From: a virus
Taxonomy: Duplodnaviria > Heunggongvirae > Uroviricota > Caudoviricetes
DNA: 13,510 nucleotides
Reading direction: 5' to 3' (one strand)
Virus record (IMG/VR): IMGVR_UViG_2671180556_000021
The translations under genes and the position numbers were made by a program. The notes under the pieces were generated by a model, which was given only the letters and a program-made list of their open reading frames with translations, was not told the origin of the DNA and searched no databases. Shown here in pieces: positions 1 to 8,254 of this stretch (positions are counted from its first letter, which is position 1; every line of letters starts with the position of its first letter).

Positions 1-570
1 CGCCACCGCAGGACCGTTATACCCGCATTCATCTCCCCGGTAATCCCACATACAGGTGTTCGCCAGCATGATGCGACCAGGAAACAGCGCCCCGTCCGTC
101 TCCGTCGGTGTTGCCAGCACAAACGAGGCTGTCATGGCCGTCAGCTCTGACATCTGCTCCACCACCCAGCGGTCGCTCAGCTCCTGCTCCGGGTCCGCTT
201 CCGGATTGCCCGCCACAAAATTCACCGCATCCAGAAAACGGGCATACACCCGGCGGCGGACCACCGTGGCCCCCACCAGGCTCTGCAGGTCCTCCGCCAT
301 TCCGGTGACCAGACCGAACAGATTCGACACCGTCAGCGACGGGCGGGCACTGCTACCCTTCCCGTTCATCTCAAAACCGCTGCCGTCAATCGGGTATGCC
401 TGATATTGCCGCCCCTGCCAGGTGACCGCCTCCCCTTTTTCATTCAGCTCATTGCAGAAAAAATACCGCTCACCACCCTGTACCGTCAGGTCGATTTCCC
501 AGAGTACCACCCGCGGTGACTGCTCTGATTTAACCGACTCGTTCAGACTTTCTTCGTGAATATCCTGCAT
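1..570 (-). CDS. L: Tail tip assembly protein gpL, N-terminal 190 codons only; the 3' end runs off the window start
   Basis: Minus-strand ATG at 570..568 shares one nucleotide with the M stop (TGATG). The translation begins MQDIHEESLNE and the frame is still open at coordinate 1 (last residues ...ECGYNGPAVA), matching my recollection of lambda gpL. The plus-strand ORFs 56..403 and 108..308 are antisense to it. Confidence 0.88.
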   Translation of the reverse strand, partial: MQDIHEESLNESVKSEQSPRVVLWEIDLTVQGGERYFFCNELNEKGEAVTWQGRQYQAYPIDGSGFEMNGKGSSARPSLTVSNLFGLVTGMAEDLQSLVGATVVRRRVYARFLDAVNFVAGNPEADPEQELSDRWVVEQMSELTAMTASFVLATPTETDGALFPGRIMLANTCMWDYRGDECGYNGPAVA

Positions 571-899
571 CAGTTCACCACCTGCTTAAACTCGGCACTG
601 AATTCAACCCGCAGCATGCGAACCCGTGATGACCAGGCGGCACAGGTCACCTTTATCTGCCGCCAGGCATAAGGCGGTGTCCACAGAAACGCCTTCCAGC
701 CACCGTGCTCTGCCAGGAACGCTTCCAGATGCCGGGCCTCCTCCCGGGTCACGGAAAGCGTCACACGGTATGTTTTCAGGTCAGCATTCAGCCCTGCCGC
801 CATACGCTGTGAGTACCCGTCACCAAAACGCACTTCACGCACCGACGGCTGCGAGTTCACCTCCATATCCGGCTTCACTTTCCAGCGAAATGTTTTCAT
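570..899 (-). CDS. M: Tail tip assembly protein gpM (109 aa)
   Basis: ORF 570..899 on the minus strand, 109 aa (MKTFRWKVKPDMEV...), same length and sequence as I recall for lambda gpM. Its ATG at 899..897 overlaps the H stop at 898..896 (ATGA). Confidence 0.9.
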   Translation of the reverse strand: MKTFRWKVKPDMEVNSQPSVREVRFGDGYSQRMAAGLNADLKTYRVTLSVTREEARHLEAFLAEHGGWKAFLWTPPYAWRQIKVTCAAWSSRVRMLRVEFSAEFKQVVN

Positions 900-3457
900 C
901 GCCCGCTCCCCGATAACATACCGCCATCACGCAACTGCAGCCGGAGCTCATCCTGCGCCCCCTTGCGGGCCATGTCATACACCGCCTTCATCAGCTGCGG
1001 CCCCGCCTGTCCGTTGATACCGTCGTTCTGAATCACCACGTTGTTGTTCTGCTCAAATCTGATACCCTCTGAACGCCGCATTTGCGCCGGACTTCCGGTG
1101 CCACCGACATAACCACCGGTGGCATAGCCGCGCATCAGCCGGTAAAGATTTCCTACGCCAATCCGGCTGGTTGCCTCCTTCGTGAAGACAAATTCACCAC
1201 GGTGAACAATCCCCGCTGGCTCATATTTGCCGCCGGTTCCCGTAAATCCTCCGGTTGCAAAATGGAATTTCGCCGCAGCGGCCTGAATGGCTGTACCGCC
1301 TGACGCGGATGCGCCGCCACCAACAGCCCCGCCAATGGCGCTGCCGATACTCCCGACAATCCCCACCATTGCCTGCTTAAGCAGAATTTCTGTCATCATG
1401 GACAGCACGGAACGGGTGAAGCTGCGCCAGTTCTGCTCACTGCCGGTCAGCATCGCCGCCATATTCTGTGCAATACCATCAAAGGTCTGCGTGGCTGCAC
1501 TTTTTACCTGCGACATACTGTCCGTGGCGCTCTCTTCCCACTCACTCCAGCCGGACTTCAGGCCTGCCATCCAGTTCCCGCGAAGCTGGTCTTCAGCCGC
1601 CCAGGTCTTTTTCTGCTCTGACATGACGTTATTCAGCGCCAGCGGATTATCGCCATACTGTTCCTTCAGGCGCTGTTCTGTGGCTTCCCGTTCTGCCTGC
1701 CGGTCAGTCAGCCCCCGGCTTTTCGCATCAATGGCGGCCCGTTTTGCCCGTTGCTGCTGTGCGAATTTATCCGCCTGCTGCGCCAGCGCATTCAGGCGCT
1801 CCTGATACGTGACCTTATCGCCAAGTGCAGCCAGCTGGCGTTTGTACTCCAGCGTCTCATCTTTATGCGCCAGCAGGGATTTCTCCTGTGCGGACAGCTG
1901 GCGACGTTGTGCCGCCTCCTCCAGTACCGCGAACTGACTCTCCGCCTTCCACAAATCCCGGCGCTGCTGGCTGATTTTCTCATTTGCTCCGGCATGCTTC
2001 TCCAGCGTCCGGAGTTCAGCCTGAAGCGTCAGCAGGGCAGCATGAGCACTGTCTTCCTGACGATCGCCCGCAGACACCTTCACGCCGGACTGTTTCGGCT
2101 TTTTCAGCGTCGCTTCATAATCCTTTTTCGCCGCCGCCATCAGCGTGTTGTAATCTGCCTGCAGGATTTTCCCGTCTTTCAGTGCCTTGTTCAGTTCTTC
2201 CTGACGGGCGGTATATTTCTCCAGCGGCGTCTGCAGCCGTTCGTAAGCCTTCTGCGCCTCTTCGGTATATTTCAGCCGTGACGCTTCGGTATCGCTCTGC
2301 TGCTGCGCATTTTTGTCCTGTTGAGTCTGCTGCTCAGCCTTCTTTCGGGCGGCTTCAAGCGCAAGACGGGCCTTTTCACGATCATCCCAGTAACGCGCCC
2401 GCGCTTCATCGTTAACAAAATAATCATCCTTGCGCAGATTCCAGATGTCGTCTGCTTTCTTAAACGCAGCCTCTGCCTTAATCAGCATCTCCTGCGCGGT
2501 ATCAGGACGACCAATATCCAGCACCGCATCCCACATGGATTTGAATGCCCGCGCTGTCCTGTCTGCCCAGGTCTCCAGCGTGCCCATGTTCTCTTTCAGG
2601 CGGCGGGTCTGGTCATCAAACCCTTTCGTTGCGGCCTCGTTCGCCGCCTGCAATGCCCCGGCTTCATCGCCGGAACGCTGCAACTGAGCAACATACGCAA
2701 TCTGCTCCGCCGTCACGTTATGGAACTGGCGTGCCATCGCCGTCAGCCCCGACGTCGGGTCTGTGGTCAGCTTCCCGAAGGCTTCAGCGACCTTGTCCAC
2801 CTCCACGCCGGATGCAGAGGAGAAACGCGCCACACTCTGGCTGATGGACGCAATCTGAGCCTCACCGCTTACCCCCGCCTTAACCAGTGCGCTGAGTGAC
2901 TCGCTGGTCTGGTTAAACGTCAGCCCTGCCGCCTGCCCGGCTCTGGACAGGACCAGCATACGATCTGCCGTCAGTCCCGCCTGATTGCCGGAAAGGACCA
3001 GCGTTTTGTTGAAATCGGACAGGGTTGAGTTGCCCTGATACCAGGCATACGCCAGCGCACCGGTCGCCACCGCCAGCGAGGTGGCCCCCACCATCGGCAG
3101 GGTGATCGCACCGGCAAGCCCCCTGAACATGGGGATCATCCCGCCGAAGGAGTCCTTCACCTGCCCCCCCTGTTGCAGCAGGATCAGCCACGGACTTTGC
3201 CCGCCTGCAAGCTGCGTGGCCACGTCGGTGAACTGTGCAGGCAGCATACGCATGGCGGCTTTATACTGCCCGACGGAAATCCCCGCTTTCTGTGCAGCCA
3301 GCGCCTGTCGGCTCAGCGACTGTTCAACGACTGCCGCTGTTTTTTTCGCATCACTTTCCGTACCGGAAAAATGACGCCTGACTCTGGCCATCTGCTCGTC
3401 AAATCTGGCCGCATCCAGACTCAAATCAACGACCAGATCGCCTACCGGTTCAGCCAT
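896..3457 (-). CDS. H: Tail tape measure protein gpH (853 aa)
   Basis: ORF of 853 aa starting MAEPVGDLVVDLSLDAARFDEQMARV, with a long coiled-coil-like central region rich in A/Q/K/E/R and a glycine-rich C-terminal segment. Position immediately downstream of G/T is as in lambda. A strong SD (GGAGGAG) lies upstream of the ATG at 3457. Confidence 0.95.
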   Translation of the reverse strand: MAEPVGDLVVDLSLDAARFDEQMARVRRHFSGTESDAKKTAAVVEQSLSRQALAAQKAGISVGQYKAAMRMLPAQFTDVATQLAGGQSPWLILLQQGGQVKDSFGGMIPMFRGLAGAITLPMVGATSLAVATGALAYAWYQGNSTLSDFNKTLVLSGNQAGLTADRMLVLSRAGQAAGLTFNQTSESLSALVKAGVSGEAQIASISQSVARFSSASGVEVDKVAEAFGKLTTDPTSGLTAMARQFHNVTAEQIAYVAQLQRSGDEAGALQAANEAATKGFDDQTRRLKENMGTLETWADRTARAFKSMWDAVLDIGRPDTAQEMLIKAEAAFKKADDIWNLRKDDYFVNDEARARYWDDREKARLALEAARKKAEQQTQQDKNAQQQSDTEASRLKYTEEAQKAYERLQTPLEKYTARQEELNKALKDGKILQADYNTLMAAAKKDYEATLKKPKQSGVKVSAGDRQEDSAHAALLTLQAELRTLEKHAGANEKISQQRRDLWKAESQFAVLEEAAQRRQLSAQEKSLLAHKDETLEYKRQLAALGDKVTYQERLNALAQQADKFAQQQRAKRAAIDAKSRGLTDRQAEREATEQRLKEQYGDNPLALNNVMSEQKKTWAAEDQLRGNWMAGLKSGWSEWEESATDSMSQVKSAATQTFDGIAQNMAAMLTGSEQNWRSFTRSVLSMMTEILLKQAMVGIVGSIGSAIGGAVGGGASASGGTAIQAAAAKFHFATGGFTGTGGKYEPAGIVHRGEFVFTKEATSRIGVGNLYRLMRGYATGGYVGGTGSPAQMRRSEGIRFEQNNNVVIQNDGINGQAGPQLMKAVYDMARKGAQDELRLQLRDGGMLSGSGR

Positions 3458-4288
3458 ACCGGACTCCTCCTGCGATCCCTTCTGATACTGTCATCAGCAT
3501 TACGTCATCCTCCGTCATGTCCGCCACATCCGGGGAAGCGGGGATAACTTCATTCCCGTCCGGGCCAAAGCGGACACCTCCGGCAAGCCCTGCCGCTTTC
3601 TGCATCAGCACATCATCTTCAGGCTCTTCGTCAGCCTCGCGCCGGTTCAGCAGACTGAAATCCAGCGGATGCATATCCGGATCGCTGAAAAACAGGCTGA
3701 GCACGGTGTACGTCAGCCCGGAAAAGTGCATATCCAGCAGAACATCATGAAAATAATGGGTACTGTAAAAGCGGTGCCAGTCGGCATACTCCGTGGATGA
3801 CATCCCGGCAAGCATGGCACGCCAGTCGGGTCGCCCCATCTCACGCGCCAGTTTCAGGGCAAAACTCAGCTCACCGTCGAACACTTTCCCGCAGAAACAG
3901 GCTCTGCGGGCCCGGCGTCCTCTGTCTGTTCAGGGGCATTATTCACAACAAACTCATACATACCAGACAGCCGGTACACCACGTTTTCAGCATGAGAAAT
4001 TGCCTCCGTGGGCCAGGTGGTAAGCACTTCCTGCTCAATCTGTTTAACGGCTTCATTCATGGACGGCATCTGCGTCTTCTGCGGATGGTTATGCCACAGG
4101 GACATCGCCACCAGAAACGCGCCGGTTCTGATGGCGTCTTCCACAGTAAACTTCCGGTTGCTGTCTGACTCCGCCTGTTCTGCCTGCCGTTTCATCAGGG
4201 CGAGATGCTCAATACGCTGCAGGGCTGACAGTTCAGAAAGCGTGACGGTCACGCCGTTATGTTCAAATGATTCGGTTTTCAGGAACAT
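3450..4288 (-). CDS. T: Tail assembly chaperone gpG-T, made by programmed -1 ribosomal frameshift from the G frame into the T frame (T-frame part 3450..3884)
   Basis: The T-frame ORF 3450..3884 (144 aa, VFDGELSFALKLAREMGRPDWRAML...) has no independent start with an SD. It overlaps the 3' end of G in the -1 frame directly downstream of a G GGA AAG heptamer. Its stop (3452..3450) overlaps the H start. Confidence 0.85.
3866..4288 (-). CDS. G: Tail assembly chaperone gpG (140 aa)
   Basis: ORF 3866..4288, 140 aa (MFLKTESFEHNGVTVTLSELSALQRIEHL...), ending ...AGKCSTVS. ATG at 4288 is preceded by the SD GGAGAG. Lies downstream of V as in lambda. Confidence 0.92.
   Translation of the reverse strand: MFLKTESFEHNGVTVTLSELSALQRIEHLALMKRQAEQAESDSNRKFTVEDAIRTGAFLVAMSLWHNHPQKTQMPSMNEAVKQIEQEVLTTWPTEAISHAENVVYRLSGMYEFVVNNAPEQTEDAGPAEPVSAGKCSTVS
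3884..3890 (-). promoter_or_regulatory. Slippery heptamer G GGA AAG for the G to G-T -1 programmed frameshift
   Basis: The plus strand reads CTTTCCC at 3884..3890, i.e. GGGAAAG on the coding strand, in the G frame as G|GGA|AAG eight codons before the G stop. Reading on in the -1 frame gives VFDGELSF..., the start of the T ORF. Confidence 0.8.
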
Positions 4289-4303
4289 CGCTGACTCTCC
4301 GGA

Positions 4304-5044
4304 TTAACTGTCGGTGACAGTGATTTCTGCAACCGCAGCAAGTTCACCATTACCGGATACAACCGGAATGTTGACCTTACCTGCAGCAACGCCTTTCACG
4401 GTGATGGTCATACCACTGACCGACACGGTGGCTTTTGTTTTATCCGCTGACACCGCACGGAAGCTCTTGTCAGTTGCGCCCTCCGGCTGGAATGCCACGG
4501 TCAGCGTGGTGCTCTGCCCTTTCACCACCGAGGAGCTGGCAGGCGTCACAGTCATACTGGTTGCCGCCGTCACCGTACTGCGATCTTCTGCCATTGACGG
4601 ACGGCCCACATTGGTGACCTTCACCGTACGGGTGATCACTTCCTTCGCCGTCACCGCCTTACCGATACTGCTGACCCAGCCACGGAACACATCGACCGTG
4701 CCGTTCGGGAAGCGGATTTTATAGGCACGGGTATCACCTTCATTAAACCACGCCAGCAGCGCCTGCTGCCCCTGCTCTCCGGGCATCCACGCCAGCGTGA
4801 AGCTGGTATCTCCGGCGGATTTCTGCCCCTGCCCGGTCGCGGTCCAGTCCGCATCTTCATCATCGAGATAACTGTCGTCATAGGACTCAGCGGTCAGTTC
4901 GCCGGGCGTCAGGTCTTTAACTTTAGCCAGACGCGACCAGTCAACGTCTGAAAGCGGGTTCGCATAAGGGTCGCCGCTCCCGTTATAAACCCACAGGGTG
5001 GTCCCGGCACCTTTCACCGGTATTGCTGGATTTGGTACAGGCAT
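4304..5044 (-). CDS. V: Major tail tube protein gpV (246 aa)
   Basis: ATG at 5044..5042 is preceded by the SD GAGGA. Translation [20 protein letters not shown]... runs to 246 aa with a C-terminal Ig-like region (...[18 protein letters not shown]). The ORF-track entry 4304..5074 is a 10-codon upstream over-extension. Confidence 0.93.
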   Translation of the reverse strand: MPVPNPAIPVKGAGTTLWVYNGSGDPYANPLSDVDWSRLAKVKDLTPGELTAESYDDSYLDDEDADWTATGQGQKSAGDTSFTLAWMPGEQGQQALLAWFNEGDTRAYKIRFPNGTVDVFRGWVSSIGKAVTAKEVITRTVKVTNVGRPSMAEDRSTVTAATSMTVTPASSSVVKGQSTTLTVAFQPEGATDKSFRAVSADKTKATVSVSGMTITVKGVAAGKVNIPVVSGNGELAAVAEITVTDS

Positions 5045-5051
5045 ATCGTCC

Positions 5052-5447
5052 TCACATTTCATAGGTAATGACATAAGTCAGATCGGCTGAACTCCACAGG
5101 CCCGCATCATCGTCGCGCCGGTAGTCATAGCCGCTGGCCACCATACTGGTGATCAAATCTGACAGTGCCGGGATATCGCTCATCACCGGATAAATCCGGG
5201 ACTCCATCCACGCATCCAGCTCTGAATCCGGCACCTGAGCAGGCAGGAAAACTTCGATATGCAGCTCCGCCTGCCAGGTATCGCTGTCCAGCTCTTCGCC
5301 CGTGTATTCAGCGCCGGTGAGATAAACGGCAACTGCCGGAAAATCCGCCTCATCAAAAACAGCGGGGCGACCATCAAAAAACGTCGCCCCGGTGTCATGC
5401 TTCTCCAGTGCATCCAGTACGGCTGCACGGAGTTCAGTATGTTTCAT
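5052..5447 (-). CDS. U: Tail terminator protein gpU (131 aa)
   Basis: ORF 5052..5447, 131 aa ([31 protein letters not shown]...). Its ATG overlaps the Z stop (ATGA at 5447..5444). Confidence 0.9.
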   Translation of the reverse strand: MKHTELRAAVLDALEKHDTGATFFDGRPAVFDEADFPAVAVYLTGAEYTGEELDSDTWQAELHIEVFLPAQVPDSELDAWMESRIYPVMSDIPALSDLITSMVASGYDYRRDDDAGLWSSADLTYVITYEM

Positions 5448-6022
5448 CGCTTTATTACCATCCTCAGTTGATGCTGCAGCGCATAGCCCAGCTCTTTCGG
5501 AAGACGTTCACGCCGTATCCGCTCAATATTTTGTTTAAACGCCGTGGTCAGCGGCACCGCCATCGGGATTTTCACCACATCAATGGGGTAACGGTTTTTC
5601 CCGGCCACACGCTGCATGACATGCCACCGGCCATTTTTCAGTTGCTGAATAAACGCGCCGGGAATACGACGGTTACCCACCACAAGCACGCTGCCGCCAC
5701 CTTTCAGGGATGAACGCTGCCCCTTTTTACGACGCCTGCGGCGCGAAAGGACAACCCGCGCATTACCCAGCTTGATTACGGGCAAATCCCCCCGGTTAAC
5801 TTTGATTCTGGCCTGCGGATTTTTGACCGTGGCCCTTTTCAGCCTGGCCCTTTCCTTTACCAGTTTCCGGCGTACCTTTGTCTCACGGGCAACCTGTGAC
5901 GCCGACTGCGATATCGCGGATGAAGCAACGCGGTTAATGGCCATTGCGGCGGCACCAGGCACCGCCGTTTTGCTGATACGGCAGAGGTTTTCAATGGCCT
6001 GCTCAAGACCTTTTATGGCCAT
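5444..6022 (-). CDS. Z: Tail completion protein gpZ (192 aa)
   Basis: ORF 5444..6022, 192 aa (MAIKGLEQAIENLCRISKTAVPGAAAMAINR...). The SD AAGGGGGA lies upstream of the ATG at 6022. Sits between FII and U as in lambda. Confidence 0.9.
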   Translation of the reverse strand: MAIKGLEQAIENLCRISKTAVPGAAAMAINRVASSAISQSASQVARETKVRRKLVKERARLKRATVKNPQARIKVNRGDLPVIKLGNARVVLSRRRRRKKGQRSSLKGGGSVLVVGNRRIPGAFIQQLKNGRWHVMQRVAGKNRYPIDVVKIPMAVPLTTAFKQNIERIRRERLPKELGYALQHQLRMVIKR

Positions 6023-6033
6023 ACATCCCCCTT

Positions 6034-6387
6034 TCAGCGGCGACGGTTAACGGCAGGCGGTACGCCCCGCCCAAGCCAGAGATGACAGCTTCCACCATCA
6101 TCCGGCGAAACCCGGTCTATCCAGAAGTTTTCCTCACCGATGGTCAGCGTGTCTCCACGCCGCAGCTGCCGCACATCATCAGTCCGGACAAACAGGGACG
6201 GGCTGGAGCCTTCAACGCGCACGCCCTGTCCGGCATAGCTGATATTTTCAGGGTCATCAAAAACACCACGTATTACTGCGCCGGACTGCTCACCGGATGT
6301 CATGGTGGCTGACGTTCCCATGTACCCGCGTATCGTTTCATCGGCGCGGACAATGGCAGCATCGAACAGGTTATCGAAATCAGCCAC
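6034..6387 (-). CDS. FII: Head-tail connector protein gpFII (117 aa); GTG start as read from the sequence
   Basis: ORF 6034..6387 (first codon GTG, then ADFDNLFDAAIVRADETIRGYMGTS...), with the SD GGGAGG four nt upstream. 117 aa, as I recall for lambda gpFII. Confidence 0.88.
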   Translation of the reverse strand: MADFDNLFDAAIVRADETIRGYMGTSATMTSGEQSGAVIRGVFDDPENISYAGQGVRVEGSSPSLFVRTDDVRQLRRGDTLTIGEENFWIDRVSPDDGGSCHLWLGRGVPPAVNRRR

Positions 6388-6398
6388 AGCGCCTCCCG

Positions 6399-6794
6399 TT
6401 ATTGCATTCTGGCCAGGCCGCGCTCTGTCATTTCGGCTGCCACACCGGCAGAGACACGAAACGCCGTTCCCGGCAGCACAAATGCCACAGGTTCATCCCG
6501 CGTGGCGTGAAGTGCATCGGTATGCAGCGTCACCAGTGCCACAACCGTGACCAGAGCAGCCGTATCAGTCACGGTATCCGTCTGTGCTGATACCACCTCA
6601 TTTTCATGTCCGGTCAGCGCATTTTCCGGGCTGACAGACGAGTCCTGACCGGCTCCGTCATCCGTGTCATCAAGCTCCTCTTCCAGCTCTGCCACACGGA
6701 GCGCCAGTTCTTCTTTCGTCCCCGTCAGGCTGACATCACGGTTCAGTTGCTCACCCAGCGACCGGAGACGGGCAATCAGTTCATCTTTCGTCAT
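6399..6794 (-). CDS. FI: DNA-packaging and head-assembly accessory protein gpFI (131 aa)
   Basis: ATG at 6794..6792 with a strong SD (GGAGGAG). Translation MTKDELIARLRSLGEQLNRDVSLTGTKEELALRVAELEEELDDTDD... The ORF-track entry 6399..6833 begins 13 codons upstream, but that start runs into the E terminus and the intergenic hairpin and has no SD. Confidence 0.85.
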   Translation of the reverse strand: MTKDELIARLRSLGEQLNRDVSLTGTKEELALRVAELEEELDDTDDGAGQDSSVSPENALTGHENEVVSAQTDTVTDTAALVTVVALVTLHTDALHATRDEPVAFVLPGTAFRVSAGVAAEMTERGLARMQ

Positions 6795-6815
6795 GGACTC
6801 CTCCACAGAGAGAAA

Positions 6816-6833
6816 ATGGCCCCGAAGGGCCAT
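6816..6833 (-). promoter_or_regulatory. Intercistronic RNA hairpin between E and FI: 7-bp stem AUGGCCC/GGGCCAU with a UUCG tetraloop, followed by a pyrimidine run
   Basis: The mRNA-sense (minus) strand reads UAA-UC-AUGGCCC-UUCG-GGGCCAU-UUUCUCUCU-GUGGAGGAGUCC-AUG(FI). The two arms are perfectly complementary (plus strand atggccc cgaa gggccat at 6816..6833) and the loop is the classic C(UUCG)G motif. Confidence 0.5.
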
Positions 6834-6835
6834 GA

Positions 6836-7857
6836 TTACGCCAGTTGTACGGACACGAACGCATCAGGGTCAGCCAGCAGCATCAGCGGTGCTGACTGAA
6901 TCATGGTGAACTCACGCGCCGGATCGCCGGTGGTCACCCAGTTTTTCGGGTAGCGGGCAGAGGCGTTAATACCTTCGCGCTGTGCGTCCGCATCCTGAAT
7001 GCAGCCATAGGTGCGCAGACCGCGTGCCTGAGTGTTCCCCAGCACCATCGTGTTGTCCGGCAGGAAGTTCTTTTTGACGTCGTTTTCCACGTACTGTCCG
7101 GAATACACGACGATCGCCGTATCGCCATACATTCCCTTATAGGACACCGCTTCGCCCAGGTCTTTTACCGCTGTCTCCAGCTCGGAATGAGAGCCGCGAC
7201 GGGTATCCAGCTTCTCCCTGACGGCTTTGAAGGAACGGAACAGCGCCCAGCCTTTCGGATCGAACACGATGATATTCACCACACCGCTGGCGTTCAGCGC
7301 GCTTCGATATCGTCGGTCGGGTCATACGTGGACTTGTCACGCTTGCTCCACTCCGTGCCGCCGGACTGCGTGATGTTATTCTCCTCACTGCGGCCCATAT
7401 CCACCTCAACCGGATCGAAGGCTTCACCGGTCATGGTGTATTTGCCCTTAAGCACGGCAGAAACTGCCTGCATCTCTTCGACCTGAGCAATGGCCAGCTC
7501 TTCGTCACGCATGTTCTGCATGATGATGCGACGGCGGCGGTAAGCCGGGTCCGCCAGATTCTGCGGATCTTCATCCGGCAGGCGACGCAGGGTCATCTGC
7601 GGATTCACTTCATGCTTCGGCTTGACATATCCCGGCGTAAATTCAGAGGTGGAGCCGCCACGGGAACGGATAACCTCACCGGAAACAATCGGCGAAACGT
7701 ACAGCGCCATGTTTACCAGTCCCGGAATTTGTGAGAGATAGACTTTCTCCGTAGTGAAGGGATAGCTCTCACGGAAAAAGAGACGCAGAAACAGCGGATC
7801 AAACTTAAATTTCTGCTCATTTGCCGCCAGCAGCTGGGCGGTTGTGTACATCGACAT
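6836..7857 (-). pseudogene. E: Major capsid protein gpE, interrupted by a frameshift (N-terminal frame 7294..7857, C-terminal frame 6836..7321)
   Basis: Starting from the ATG at 7857 (MSMYTTAQLLAANEQKFKFDPLF...), the frame stops at TGA 7296..7294 after ...STYDPTDDIEAR. The rest of the protein (ALNASGVVNIIVFDPKGWALFRSF...VSVQLA, stop 6838..6836) lies in another frame that is open only from 7321 downward. The two pieces total 1022 nt, where one continuous ORF of about 1026 nt (341 aa) is expected. Confidence 0.8.
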
Positions 7858-7870
7858 AAAAAAATCCCGT

Positions 7871-7895
7871 AAAAAAAGCCGCACAGGCGGCCTTT
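7871..7895 (-). terminator. Terminator-like hairpin in the D-E intergenic region: GC stem GCCGC/GCGGC, loop CUGU, then a U7 tract, on the late-mRNA strand
   Basis: The minus-strand RNA reads UAA(D stop)-CUUUACCCUUCAUCACU-AAAGGCCGC-CUGU-GCGGCUUUUUUU-ACGGGAUUUUUUU-AUG(E). Five G-C pairs extend by a G-U and three A-U pairs into the flanking A and U runs. A second U7 run lies directly before the E start codon. Confidence 0.4.
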
Positions 7896-7912
7896 AGTGA
7901 TGAAGGGTAAAG

Positions 7913-8245
7913 TTAAACGATGCTGATTGCCGTTCCGGCAAACGCGGTCCGTTTTTTCGTCTCGTCGCTGGCAGCCTCCGGCCAGAGCACATCCTCATAA
8001 CGGAACGTGCCGGACTTGTAGAACGTCAGCGTGGTGCTGGTCTGGTCAGCAGCAACCGCCAGAATGCCAACGGCAGCACCGTCGGTGGTGCCATCCCACG
8101 CAACCAGCTTACGGGTGGAGGTGTCCAGCATCAGCGGGGTCATTGCAGGCGCTTTCGCACTCAATCCGCCGGGCGCGGTTGCGGTATGAGCCGGGTCACT
8201 GTTGCCCAGCGGCTGGTAATGGGTAAAGGTTTCTTTGCTCGTCAT
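7913..8245 (-). CDS. D: Head decoration protein gpD (110 aa)
   Basis: ATG at 8245..8243 with the SD AAGGGA five nt upstream. Translation [41 protein letters not shown]..., 110 aa. The ORF-track entry 7913..8251 starts two codons too early (MFM...). Confidence 0.9.
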   Translation of the reverse strand: MTSKETFTHYQPLGNSDPAHTATAPGGLSAKAPAMTPLMLDTSTRKLVAWDGTTDGAAVGILAVAADQTSTTLTFYKSGTFRYEDVLWPEAASDETKKRTAFAGTAISIV

Positions 8246-8254
8246 AAACATCCC

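Noticed and set aside
56-403. Plus-strand ORFs 56..403 (115 aa) and 108..308 (66 aa), rich in Pro/Ser/Ala
   Set aside because: They are antisense to the gpL coding region, have low-complexity composition typical of the opposite strand of a GC-rich gene, and have no SD context. Spurious.
1082-3547. Many plus-strand ORFs of 60 to 190 aa (e.g. 1287..1805, 1751..2281, 2321..2899, 3173..3547) and small minus-strand ORFs in other frames (1153..1359, 1792..1995, 2913..3191)
   Set aside because: All lie within the 853-codon tape-measure gene H, antisense or out of frame. Their translations are Arg/Leu/Cys/Pro-rich nonsense typical of alternative frames in about 57% GC DNA, and none has a start-site context.
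3450-3884. Calling T as a stand-alone gene with its own start
   Set aside because: The first codon of the ORF is GTG with no SD and it sits directly downstream of the GGGAAAG slippery site in the -1 frame of G, so it is better explained as the frameshift extension of G.
6795-6833. Upstream extension of FI (MALRGHFLSVEES- before MTKDEL)
   Set aside because: It would start inside the E terminus and the intergenic hairpin with no SD, whereas the ATG at 6794 has a strong GGAGGAG SD.
7858-7884. Upstream extension of the E ORF (MRLFLRDFF- before MSMYTTAQ)
   Set aside because: The extension reads through the D-E intergenic hairpin and U-tracts and starts at a non-ATG codon. The ATG at 7857 gives the known gpE N-terminus.
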